Part shown: positions 47,728 to 57,515 of the stretch, in pieces
Numbering within the stretch: position 1 is the first letter of the stretch
Layout: each line of letters opens with the position of its first letter
Sequence record: NZ_CP027239.1
Reading direction: 5' to 3' (one strand)
DNA from: a plasmid
Length of the DNA: 64,000 bases
Program-made: the position numbers and the translations under genes
The notes under the pieces: generated by a model
Told to the model about the DNA's origin: nothing
What the model saw: the letters and a program-made list of their open reading frames with translations, nothing else
Databases searched by the model: none

Positions 47728-48954
47728 TCAGAACGTGAAAGCCATGTCCCCAATCGGGGTGCTGATCTCGATCGACCCCGATGCGTCGTGGATGCCGTAG
47801 TTCGCCAGGGTGGCCCCGCCTGTGACCGACACCGTGCTCGCCCCGTCAGGGGAGGACCACTGCCCGTCCACGCCAGCGGTGCCCACGTTCGGCGCGGTCT
47901 GCTCGTTAGTCGCCGAGAACCCGCCGGTGCCGGACACGCCGCCAGTGGTGGCCCAGGTTGCGTTGTAGTTGCCGTTGGAGGCATCCCAGGTCTGGGCGGC
48001 AGTGGCCTGCTCGCCGCCGCCGGTGGTCGTGTTGGAGACGTAGGAGGTCGTGTCGCTGACCTCGACGGCGGTGCCGGTGGCAACGCCGCCAGCGGCGATG
48101 CCCACCTCGGCGCCGTTGTCCCGCGGAGCGGAGTACGCCGAGACCTGCCCGACAGGCTCTGCGGGTGCGGCCGGGGTGAAGGTCCCGGAGGTCGGCGTCT
48201 GACTGGCCGCCTGAACGCGCTCGCTGTAGTCGCTGCCGGCCTCGGTGCCCGCTGCTTCCACGGTGGCGTCGGCGGCTGGTGCCGGGTCGGGGGCAGGTAG
48301 CTCGGTAGCCACACCGCCCTGCCCCCTGGACTCGCCTGCAGTATCGGCGCCGGAGACAGCGGAGACATCGGCGTAGGGCGCAGTCTCCTGCTGAGCGGTC
48401 TGGGGCGCCACGGCCTGCGGCGCCACGGCCTGCGGCGAGGTGGCCTGCGGCGAGGCGGCCTGCGCAGGTGTGACACGCGATGCCGGCTGCACCGTGGCCG
48501 TGGGGGCGGACTGCGTCACGGCCGCGGGAGTGGCGGTGGTTGCCGCGCGAGCGGAGGTATCGGCCTGCGCCCGGGCGGGGGCGCTCGCCTGCTGTGTCGG
48601 AGCGGTGGTCGCCGCAGGCTTGGCGTCCGTCTTGGCCTCAGCCTTGCGCTCGGCAGGAAGTTCGGTGGTGACGCCGCCCTGTCCGCCGCTGGAGGCGCGG
48701 GACTGCGACTTCTCGGCCTGCTTGATGGTCGGTGCCGGGGCAGAGGTCTGCTTCGGCGACGAGCTCTGCTTCTTGGTGGAGGTGGGCTTGGCTGTGTCGG
48801 ATTTCGCGCTCGGCGACTGCGTCGCAATGGTCGTGGTCCCGCTCGGCGCCTCGGTGGCGACGCCTCCCTGCGCGGCGTACGCAGTCCCTGTGGCTCCGGC
48901 GATGCCGCCGAGCGTCAACGCACCGACGGCGAAGACCTTCTTCTTGGCGCTCAT
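47728..48954 (-). CDS. secreted repetitive Thr/Ala/Gln-rich surface protein (adhesin/pilin-like)
   Basis: Signal peptide VFAVGALTLGGIAGATGTAYAAQ. Three dispersed QGGVATE(A/L)P repeats. PQAVAPQAVAPQ tandem repeats. Gly/Thr-rich C-terminus. AAGGGAAGGGG RBS. Confidence 0.6.
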   Translation of the reverse strand: MSAKKKVFAVGALTLGGIAGATGTAYAAQGGVATEAPSGTTTIATQSPSAKSDTAKPTSTKKQSSSPKQTSAPAPTIKQAEKSQSRASSGGQGGVTTELPAERKAEAKTDAKPAATTAPTQQASAPARAQADTSARAATTATPAAVTQSAPTATVQPASRVTPAQAASPQATSPQAVAPQAVAPQTAQQETAPYADVSAVSGADTAGESRGQGGVATELPAPDPAPAADATVEAAGTEAGSDYSERVQAASQTPTSGTFTPAAPAEPVGQVSAYSAPRDNGAEVGIAAGGVATGTAVEVSDTTSYVSNTTTGGGEQATAAQTWDASNGNYNATWATTGGVSGTGGFSATNEQTAPNVGTAGVDGQWSSPDGASTVSVTGGATLANYGIHDASGSIEISTPIGDMAFTF

Positions 48955-49108
48955 CAGAGGCCCCTTCCCTTACCGCAATTTGTTCCGATCGACAAAATCG
49001 TATCGCACGGGCGTGTTATAGCCCTCCGAACTCGCGAGCTCCGCACGACACCACAGTTGTCAGTACGCGCCGATAGTGTCGCGCCGACGCTTAACGAATG
49101 GAGCCCCT

Positions 49109-51322
49109 GTGAGCCAATTCGGCGCTGATCGCATCGCCGTCGTCGGATCGCCGTCGGACTGCACCTCGGTGGTGCTGAATCTGCAGCGAGACGCCTACGG
49201 CAAACCTCTACTCGGGACGATGGTGATGCTGCGTAACCAGTACACCGACGGATCCTGCGAGCTCGGGCTGGGCACGGTCACCGGAATCCAGACGGTCAAC
49301 CCCCATCTTGCGCCGACCTCCCCGTTGGCTCCGCACGTGGCCTCGGGGCAGTCCCTGGAGTGCGCGGGCGACGACAACGACACCCGGTCGGTGACGGTCA
49401 AGATCGAGGCGGTCTTCCGCGACGACGGTGGCGGCAACTGGACCCGCTATGGCACCACCCTGTCGACCTCCCCGGCCACCGGGACTACGGTGCAGGTGTT
49501 GACGCAGGAGGCTGCGGACGAAATCATGGCCAGCGACCGGGCGCCGGCCTACATCGGGCCGCTCCGCGGATCGGATGTTCTGGTGCCGTTCACGCTGCCG
49601 GATTTCTCGGGCCCTTCCGGCTCGGTGCACGGCGCCACGCTGGGCGCGACAGGTAGCGGCAAGTCGAACTTACATTCGTACGTTCTGGCCAATGACCTGC
49701 GGTGGACCGGAAAAGGTCACGTTATTCTCGACCCGCAGGGCCAGTTCGTAAATGGGTTCGGATTGCCGTTCTCCCTCATCGGTTTAGCCGAGGCGTGCGG
49801 CAGGACCGTGCACGCCGCGAGGCTCTCCCAGTCTCTGCGCCTGCGCAAGGACGCGCCCCTGTTCCTGCTACTGCTCGCCGAAGCCGGATGGTTCCGCAGT
49901 CTGGCGTTCGGGTCCGGGGCCGACGAACAGGTCGCCGCTGCCCGGTCCGCGCTGGAATCGGCACTGCGCGACACCAAAGCCCTCGAATCGGCCTGCCAGA
50001 CCGGGGACTGGACGCTGGCCGCCCCGGATGCGCTGATGCGCTACCTGCTGAGCTACCTCGACGACATCCTGCCCGCCGGCACGATCTACGCCGGCCGTGA
50101 ACAGCAGGAGCGCGTCCGACGCACCATTCGGCTTCGCCGCACCAACGCAGAGGGCATCCCCGTCGGCCCCGATGGGGAACCCATCGACCCGACCCTGCTG
50201 GACAAGCTGCCCGCCGGGGCGCTCGACGAGGACGGCGACCGGACATTCGCGCGACTGCTGGCCCCCTTTGCGGCGCTGCACTCACTGTGGTCGCCCTACT
50301 CGCCCTCCGGCGCAGCGAAGATCGCCGCAGGCGCCAAGGACACCGACCTTGGGCCAGAGGATCGCCGACGTGACGCGTGGGGCCTGATGCGGGAGGTCAT
50401 GTCCCCCAAGCCCGGGGAACCAGCACCGTGGTTGATTCTCGATCTGAGCGCCGACCTGTCGAGGATGCACCTCAGCAGCGCCGGGGACGGAGACGACGAC
50501 GCCGTCGGCGACGCGATCCGCCTCCTGGACTCCGACGACGTCAAGGCCCGCATCATCCGCCAGCTGTTGACCACCCTCGAGCTTGTCGGACAGCAGGAGT
50601 TCTCCCGCGGCACCCCGCTGAACGTGCAGGTCGACATCGACGAGGCGCACCGCTGGGGCGGGCCGATCGACCCCCGCAACTCCTCGGAAGCGCGGATCGC
50701 ACTATCGAACCAGCTGGCGCGGATGCACCGGGAAGTGCGCAAGTACGGCATCGGATTCTGGTCGATCCTCCAGACCGCCACCGGCCTCCAAGACGAAATC
50801 TGGAAGCAGCTCACCCGCCTGTTCGTGGGGTACGGCCTGCTCGACGCGGCGGAACTGTCACGGTTGGGCAACCGGATCCCCGACGCCCACCTGCAGCTAT
50901 ACCGGTCGTCACCGCCGCCGGCCGCTACCGGCCGATACCCGTGGATGCTGGTCGGAGGCGGCGTCACCGGACTGTCACTGGGCTCGAACCCCGTGTCGAT
51001 TGAGGCGTTCAACGACCCCGACCAGTGGCTGCTGGCGAATCAAGAATGGATCACCGACCTGCGCCGACAGTTCTCGCACCGCCTCCCCGAAGGCGACACC
51101 GGTGGGAAACTGCGCGCTCTGCCGGGCAGGCCATCCCTGTCAGACGCGTCGATGGCGCAGCATGTCGAGCGGCAGCAACGAGCCGATGCCAGGGGCAATG
51201 CTGATGCGGTGCGCAGTGTGGCCGCTAAGCGCGGTCAACCGGCAGAGGTCCCTGGGGCGCCGAAATCTGCGTCAGCCTGGGCGTCGAAAGACTTCGAGCT
51301 CGACGACCCGCCACCGTTCTGA
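49109..51322 (+). CDS. HerA/FtsK-superfamily (DUF87-like) ATPase; candidate VirB4/TcpF-like conjugation ATPase
   Basis: Walker A LGATGSGKSN. Walker B VDIDEAHRW. About 230 aa N-terminal and about 200 aa C-terminal extensions. GTG 49109 after GGAG; GTG 49076 is an alternative start. Confidence 0.65.
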   Translation: MSQFGADRIAVVGSPSDCTSVVLNLQRDAYGKPLLGTMVMLRNQYTDGSCELGLGTVTGIQTVNPHLAPTSPLAPHVASGQSLECAGDDNDTRSVTVKIEAVFRDDGGGNWTRYGTTLSTSPATGTTVQVLTQEAADEIMASDRAPAYIGPLRGSDVLVPFTLPDFSGPSGSVHGATLGATGSGKSNLHSYVLANDLRWTGKGHVILDPQGQFVNGFGLPFSLIGLAEACGRTVHAARLSQSLRLRKDAPLFLLLLAEAGWFRSLAFGSGADEQVAAARSALESALRDTKALESACQTGDWTLAAPDALMRYLLSYLDDILPAGTIYAGREQQERVRRTIRLRRTNAEGIPVGPDGEPIDPTLLDKLPAGALDEDGDRTFARLLAPFAALHSLWSPYSPSGAAKIAAGAKDTDLGPEDRRRDAWGLMREVMSPKPGEPAPWLILDLSADLSRMHLSSAGDGDDDAVGDAIRLLDSDDVKARIIRQLLTTLELVGQQEFSRGTPLNVQVDIDEAHRWGGPIDPRNSSEARIALSNQLARMHREVRKYGIGFWSILQTATGLQDEIWKQLTRLFVGYGLLDAAELSRLGNRIPDAHLQLYRSSPPPAATGRYPWMLVGGGVTGLSLGSNPVSIEAFNDPDQWLLANQEWITDLRRQFSHRLPEGDTGGKLRALPGRPSLSDASMAQHVERQQRADARGNADAVRSVAAKRGQPAEVPGAPKSASAWASKDFELDDPPPF

Positions 51323-51338
51323 CGAGGGGCTCGGTCGC

Positions 51339-51713
51339 TCAGTCGTCGGCCAAAGTGGCGGCGACAACGGCGCGGGCGAACTCGTCCGAGACGCGGTAAT
51401 GCACCGACCGGCCGATCATCTCGTACTCGACGATGCGCGCCCGGCGCAGTGACCCCAGGAGCGACGACACTCGATTCTGGGACAGGCCGATGTCCTCGGA
51501 GAGCTGGGTGACAGTGCTGTACGGGCTCAAATACATGGCGGTGACCAGTCGCAGTCGGGCGGGATTGCCCAACAGCGTCAGGACGGCTGCCCGCTTGCTG
51601 GCGGCGGACTCGCTCAGCGGGAACTCGGTCTCAGTTTCGGTCAGGATCGTCACGAGTTCGATGGTAGCCCGACTCCATGCTGCCGCCCGGTCACCGAGCG
51701 GGGCGGCGGGCAA
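51339..51713 (-). CDS. ArsR/SmtB-family transcriptional regulator
   Basis: LGNPARLRLVTAMY...STVTQLSEDIGLSQNRVSSLLGSLRRARIVEYEMIGRSVHYRV is a winged-HTH ArsR signature. Convergent with the ATPase. Confidence 0.6.
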   Translation of the reverse strand: MPAAPLGDRAAAWSRATIELVTILTETETEFPLSESAASKRAAVLTLLGNPARLRLVTAMYLSPYSTVTQLSEDIGLSQNRVSSLLGSLRRARIVEYEMIGRSVHYRVSDEFARAVVAATLADD

Positions 51714-51838
51714 ATCCCGCCTGAACTGGCCGGAAGCTACTCAGCGGGCGGCGGCATGACCCGCCCTTATGGTGTGTGCACCAAACCTCGGACCGTCCCC
51801 ATTTGTGGCGGTCTACCAACCAGGGAGGACTCGACCCA

Positions 51839-52197
51839 TGCCCAAGTTCAACATCGTTCTGCAGCTCGACGAGCACGAGAAGGAGCAGATTCAGGGGGCC
51901 TGTGACGTGAAGACGTTCTCCGCCGCGATCAAGGCGCACGAAGCGCTGGCCAAGGAGGAGGTCAAGGGACTGTCCGCGCTGCTGCGCGACAAGGTGAGCA
52001 CGGACCAGCTCGAAGTCGCGCAGTCCGCCCTGCCCGCGCTTCGCGAGCTGATGGAGTCGCTCGCCGACTCCGAGGCGAAGCACCAGGCCCTCCAGGAGCT
52101 CTCGCAGGCGGCCGGGACGTTGGAGGCGCTCTCGGCCGCCCAGGAATCGTTGAAGGAGCTGCAGCAGGCCGCCGGTGGCCACGACTCCAACTCCTGA
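51839..52197 (+). CDS. hypothetical helical protein (119 aa)
   Basis: GGGAGGA RBS before ATG 51839. Confidence 0.45.
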
Positions 52198-52211
52198 TCG
52201 GCGTATGACTG

Positions 52212-52619
52212 ATGAGCGATGCTCCTCGAGAGCCGGGCCTGGACCGACAGAAGGCAGCGAAGTTGGCCGAGTTGGTCACGGCCGTCGGTTGCCTGGACGG
52301 TGGCCAGCTGGACGCGTTCCACGATGCGTGCGAGGCCACCCGGCCGGCCCGATCAGCCGCTGCAGCGGTGCTGTCGGACGCAATCGCGGCCACCGAGGGC
52401 TGGACGCTGCCCGAGGTGTCAGCGCGGTTCCCCAGGTCGATGCGGGCCCTGAATGCGGTCACCCGGGGGGATGCGGCTGCTCACCTGCAGACCGAACCGA
52501 AGGCGGCCTTGTCGGATGCGATGGTGGCGGTGATCTGGAGGGAGTGCGCCGATAGTCTCGGCGATCGTTTGGTGGCGACCCTCACTAGCCCGTTCCGCAA
52601 CCTCGGGCTGTCCGCGTAG
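52212..52619 (+). CDS. hypothetical protein (135 aa)
   Basis: Complete ORF 14 nt after the previous gene. Confidence 0.4.
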   Translation: MSDAPREPGLDRQKAAKLAELVTAVGCLDGGQLDAFHDACEATRPARSAAAAVLSDAIAATEGWTLPEVSARFPRSMRALNAVTRGDAAAHLQTEPKAALSDAMVAVIWRECADSLGDRLVATLTSPFRNLGLSA

Positions 52620-52630
52620 CGGCGCAACGG

Positions 52631-52675
52631 AAAGCGGCCCCGCCCGATACGGGTGGGGCCGCTTCTCTTGTCGCG
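52631..52675. terminator. hairpin terminator between convergent genes
   Basis: gcggccccgcc-cgatacgggt-ggggccgc followed by ttctcttg. Confidence 0.4.
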
Positions 52676-52676
52676 G

Positions 52677-53486
52677 TCAGGCTGCGGGGTCCGCGGCGTT
52701 CTCGGATTCCTTGTGGGTAGGAGTGATGTCGAGGAGGCCGCACATGCGGTCGACGCGATGCCAGGTGGTGCGCAGGTTGGCGGCGATTCTGTGGAGCGGC
52801 ATCCCGCGCTCGACACCGAGCCGCACTACCTCGAGCTCGTCGTGAGGTTCCAGGATTTCCCTGGTGCCCGGGTCGATCGGGCGTCGTGTCTGGTTGAGCC
52901 GGTGCCGAGTGACGGTGGCGTCCAGCGCCTCCGGTCCGAGGGCGAAGTAGACACCTCGCTTGTTGATGCGCGGCGGGCTCAAGTCGACGTCAGGCACCCA
53001 TTCGGCTTGGGGACCGTTGATCTGATGGATGGCCGCTGACAGGTCGTCGGCGAAGTCGAACATGCCTTGCCCTACGGCCGTCTCGGCGGATGCCGTCCTG
53101 GTCGACGGTCTCTTCGTGGAGGCGGGCTTGGACTCGGGTACGGCCCGGGTGCGCTTCGGCGCCGGGGCGGGGGCGTTCCCGTAGGGCTTGCTGTTCTCGT
53201 CGAACAGGATCCCTGCCTGGACGACGCCTACCGGCGGGACACCTCGACTGGCGCTCCCGTCGAGCACCGCGGCGGTCTCCGCACGGCACTGCATCAGCAG
53301 GGGGCACGAGTGGCAGGCGGCGATGGCGGTGCGGGCACGCCGCACCTCTTCGTCGCATAGGACCGCCCCTCGGAAGTTGAACGGGTCGAACAGGTCGATG
53401 TTGACCTGGCAGGAGCGCCGAGGGGCGGCGGGTCGTTGCTGCCGATGCGGGGAGCGAGGGGACTGGACGGCGATTGTCGCACTCAT
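52677..53486 (-). CDS. WhiB-like domain protein with long C-terminal extension
   Basis: CDEEVRRARTAIAACHSCPLLMQC carries the Wbl C...C-x2-C-x5-C cluster. About 200 additional residues follow. In-frame GTG 53549 is an alternative start that would add 21 aa. Confidence 0.5.
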   Translation of the reverse strand: MSATIAVQSPRSPHRQQRPAAPRRSCQVNIDLFDPFNFRGAVLCDEEVRRARTAIAACHSCPLLMQCRAETAAVLDGSASRGVPPVGVVQAGILFDENSKPYGNAPAPAPKRTRAVPESKPASTKRPSTRTASAETAVGQGMFDFADDLSAAIHQINGPQAEWVPDVDLSPPRINKRGVYFALGPEALDATVTRHRLNQTRRPIDPGTREILEPHDELEVVRLGVERGMPLHRIAANLRTTWHRVDRMCGLLDITPTHKESENAADPAA

Positions 53487-53758
53487 CGCGTAGACCTTCC
53501 TGGGGCTGCCCTCCGCCGCCGTCAACCGCCTGTACGTGGAGGCCGACACCAGCAGAAAGCGAGTGGCAGTTTGATTCCGATGGTGATGACCCTAACAGCC
53601 CAGTGCGCGTTATTGCATCTTCAACGCGAACATTCGACGAATAAACGCACTGCCTGAGGCCGATGCCTGTCGGGTGCCACAGATGTCGCACCCGCCTGAG
53701 ACGATGCGGCCATCGGAATCAGACAGCGGGACCGGCGTCGCGCCGGAAAGGAGCCATC

Positions 53759-55093
53759 GTGGCCTACAAGATCGGCGTTCTGGGATGCCAGCACCTCGGC
53801 TACCGCATGCGCGCCATGCGGATGCACCCCTCGGGACTGAACCTGCGAGAAGTGGACGGGTACGTCGCTCACCGCCTGACCTACGAGTCCATGCTCGCTG
53901 CCGGCGTGAACGGCATCGTCGACGGTGGCGACTTGTTCCACGTGGCAGAGCCCAGCCCCGAGTCCGTCAACGCGGCCCTGCGAGTCGACGACCTGCGGGT
54001 GGACGCCTCTCCCGACGATCGGTTCATCTGGCGCGTCGGCAACGGCGGCAACCACGACAACGGATCAGGCCGGCATCGGGCCGCAGTGTCGGCGCTGCAC
54101 CGCCCGCACCTGGCCAGCCACGCGGTGTTCCCCGATCCCACACGGCCCGAGAGGGAGGCCGTCACCCCGTACCCCGGCTACTACGAGATCCACCAGCCCG
54201 ATCCGGACGTGCCGCTGTACCTGCACGTGATCTCGCACAACGGCTTGGACCCGGCACTGGCAGACCGGGGGATCAACATCGACCCACAGCCGCTGCCTGG
54301 CGGGGTGAACCTGCTGTTCGCCCACGGCATTTTCGCGGCAGATGGGCGGCTGTTCGGCGCCGACGAAAGGCACGGGGCTGAGCGGGTGATCCCCGCCGAG
54401 TGGGCCGACCGCGGGTTCGATCATTACCTGCTGTCGGACTATCACACGCTGGGCCCGATCCCCGGTTTCGGACCCGACGACGGCTACGAGCGCGGCCAGG
54501 TCTGGATGACTGGCAGCCTTCTGACCAGGGGTTTTAGTGATGAGATCGCCGGTCGTGGCTGGCTCGAAGTGGAGCTGCGCGACGACGGCACGGTCACGGT
54601 GACCCCACGCTACATCTGGCAGCGCCCGCAGGTCGATTTCCCAGTTCTGGACGCCTCCCAACTGTCGGTCGAGCAGATCGACCAGCAGGTCCGGGCACGC
54701 TTGCACGCCCAAGCCATGACCGACGAGGAGTCGGCCGAACTGACCGGCGATGGGGGAGCGTTGCTGAGGCAACGCATCAGCGGGGCGTCACCGTCGCAGA
54801 AGCCGGCGCTGCGGGCCGCGGCGATCGAGTGGGCGCACCTGGCGGCCGAGGCCGCGTTCTTCGGGGTCAGCTTCATCAACTCCACGAGCCTGACCGCCAA
54901 GCCCGGTGAGCGTGGCGAGACCGGCGAAGCCGGACCCGCGCGGGTGACCGATTACGTCGGCGAGTTCACCTCTCGCGCCGACGGCGACGGCGCTGTTGCT
55001 CGCGCCCTCAATGCCCTGCCCGGCGAGGTTCGCGCCCGCGTCGCCGACCGCACCCGACGAGTCCTGGCCGACGTGGCCGTCGACGCCGACTAA
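53759..55093 (+). CDS. sbcD: SbcD/Mre11-family metallophosphoesterase nuclease
   Basis: Calcineurin-like motifs: GVLGCQHLG (I), VDGGDLFH (II), GNGGNHDN (III), FAHGI. AAAGGAG RBS before GTG 53759. Immediately followed by the SbcC-like gene. Confidence 0.7.
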   Translation: MAYKIGVLGCQHLGYRMRAMRMHPSGLNLREVDGYVAHRLTYESMLAAGVNGIVDGGDLFHVAEPSPESVNAALRVDDLRVDASPDDRFIWRVGNGGNHDNGSGRHRAAVSALHRPHLASHAVFPDPTRPEREAVTPYPGYYEIHQPDPDVPLYLHVISHNGLDPALADRGINIDPQPLPGGVNLLFAHGIFAADGRLFGADERHGAERVIPAEWADRGFDHYLLSDYHTLGPIPGFGPDDGYERGQVWMTGSLLTRGFSDEIAGRGWLEVELRDDGTVTVTPRYIWQRPQVDFPVLDASQLSVEQIDQQVRARLHAQAMTDEESAELTGDGGALLRQRISGASPSQKPALRAAAIEWAHLAAEAAFFGVSFINSTSLTAKPGERGETGEAGPARVTDYVGEFTSRADGDGAVARALNALPGEVRARVADRTRRVLADVAVDAD

Positions 55094-55113
55094 CAGACCT
55101 GGAGGAGACATCA

Positions 55114-57476
55114 TGCGCATCACCCACCTGCACGGGACGAACTTCCGATCCCTGGACGACGTCGCGCTCGATCTGACCGACGACGGCATGATCGCCCTGA
55201 TCGGCGCCCCCGGCAGCGGGAAGTCGTCGCTGCTGTCACTGGTGCCGTTCGTGCTCTACGGCGACACCGGACAAAACGGCACCCTGACCGATCTGCGCCG
55301 CCGGGGCAGCGACGAGAACGAGCGGTGTGGCGGCACCATCACCCTCACCCACAACGGGGATCGGATTGAAGCCAGCCGCTGGCTGACCCGCACCCGCCCC
55401 AAGGGCAGGATCAAGGAGACCGGACACGCCTCCCTGGCCATCAACGGTGAGTTCGTCGACGGCATCACCCCGACCCGACTCACCAGCGAAATCACGCGCA
55501 TCTTGGGCCAGCCCAAGGACGCGTTCCGGGGCGCGAACTTCATCGGGCAGGGCGAGGTCGACGTGCTGGCCACCGCCACCCCGACCGAAGTGCAGGCCCT
55601 GGTGGAGCATCACACCGGCCTTGCTCCACTGACGAAGGCCCGCCAGCGGGCCAGGGAGGCGGCCCGCGAGGCCGCGACCAAGGCCAAGGCGTTGCCCGGC
55701 GACGAGGCCGACCTCCGAGTGGCCGAGAGCAACCTCGCCGAGGCTGAGGATGAGACCGCCGAAGCCCGCGAGGCCGCCCGCACCGCGGGTGCGCAGCGCG
55801 ACCGGTCCCGCGAGAACCTGGACGCCGCCACTGCCGAGGCTGACCGACTGCGCGAGGCCACCGATGCCGCCCGCTCCAGCAAGGACCGTCTCGTCGGAGC
55901 TCGCGCCATCGCGGCATCCGCCCGGGACCAGCTCGCCCAGACCATCCGAGAGGCAGAGCCCGCCATCGGCGGGATCGACCTCGACACGATCCCCGCCCAG
56001 ATGGCCGACGTGGACGCCAAGCTGCAGGAACTGACCGACGCCGGAGTCGCCTACAAGCACTTCCGGACGGCTGCGGCCCGCGCAGAGTCCTACGCCGCCG
56101 AAACCCACCGGACTGCCCAGGGAATCGACCGGGAGGCGCTGGGCCGCGAGGTGGACGAGGCCAAGGCCAAGATCGTGGCGGCCGACTCCGACGGCAGGGC
56201 CGCGGCCGAGCTCGGCGCGGCAGCCGAGGCCGAAGCGCGGCGCATCGAGCGCGCACTTGACCAGCTCAACCATGCCGAGTCAGGCAAGGCCTGCTGCCCG
56301 ACATGCCGTCAGCGGGTCGCCGACCTGGACGGGTTGCGGGCGCAGTTCCAGCAGGAGCTCGCCGACTGCCAGGACCGGCTGGCCAAGGCCCACGCTGCCC
56401 GGCGCACCGCAGGCGCCGCGCACGAGCAGGCCAGTGATGCACTGGCACGGGCCACGGCCACCCTTCGCGACGCGGACACGGCGGCGAGGGACGCCGCGCG
56501 GGCCGATCAGGACCGCCTCGCTGCGGTCTCCACTGCAGACGAGCGGGCGCAGGTGCTGCGTGCGGCGATCACGGCCCTCGACGGTCAGGTCGATCCGCAC
56601 TGCCAGGGCCAGGAGCTGCTGGACGCCGGGCTGACAGCCCACGCCCACGCCAAGCAGGCCCTGGCCGGGATGCAGGCCGCCCAGCAGGCCGGGCAGGCGA
56701 TCAGTCGAGCGCACGCCGCGGTCGCGAACGCCGACCAGGCCGTCGCCGCTGCGCAGGAGGGGCTGCGCGATGAACCGGACCCGGAGGCCCTGCGGGCGGC
56801 CGTGGAGACGGTCAGGCAGCTGCAGGCCGACCACGACGAGAAGGTCGCCGCAGCTTCCCGCGCCGAGCGGCTGCTCAGCGCCTGCGAAGTGGGGGCGGGG
56901 GAGATGCGCGTGCGGGTGGAGGCCGAACGCGCCAAGTGGGACGCCAAGAGCAAGGCCCTGACCGACGCAGAAGTCGCCGCCGGCACCGCCGACGCGATCA
57001 CCGCGCTGCGGTCGGAGTTGCTGGCCGAGTACACCGGCCAGATCTCGACGTCAGCCACGGAACTGCTGGCGCGGTTCGGTGGCGAGCACGTGGCGTTCCA
57101 CCTGGACTCGGACTTCGTGCCGCGGGTGGAACTGCTGGACGGCACCCTGGTCGACACCCGCACCCTGTCAGGCGGGGAGAAGGCCCGGGCCGGGCTGGCG
57201 TTCCGTCTCGGGATCACCCTGCAGATCACCCAGGGCGGGGTGCCCGACCAGGTGTTGGGCGACGAGGTGACCAACTACCTCGACGAGGACGGGCGCCGCG
57301 CAGTGATCGCCGCACTGCAGCAGCTGTTCCCGTCGGTGGTGCTGATCTCCCACACCAGCGAGGCGTTGGACTTCGCTTCACGCACGATCAGCCTGGATCG
57401 GGACCCCCTCGGGGCCACCACCGTGCATGGTCAGCCGCAGCCCGAGCCGGAGTCGGCTCTGGCCGAAGCGGTCTGA
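55114..57476 (+). CDS. sbcC: SbcC/Rad50-family SMC-like ATPase with zinc hook
   Basis: Walker A GAPGSGKSS. Long coiled coil with central CPTC zinc hook. ABC signature LSGGEKARAGLA. D-loop VLGDEVTNYLD. H-loop ISHT. GGAGGAGA RBS. Confidence 0.8.
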
Positions 57477-57515
57477 GACTGCCGCGGGCCCCGCGGGGGC
57501 GCCCCCGCGGGGCCG

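Noticed and set aside
47658-48476. Minus ORF 47658..48476 and plus ORF 47719..48300 overlapping the secreted Thr/Ala-rich gene
   Set aside because: These are alternative frames of the same GC-rich repetitive DNA. Only frame 47728..48954 has an RBS, a signal peptide and a non-shadow composition.
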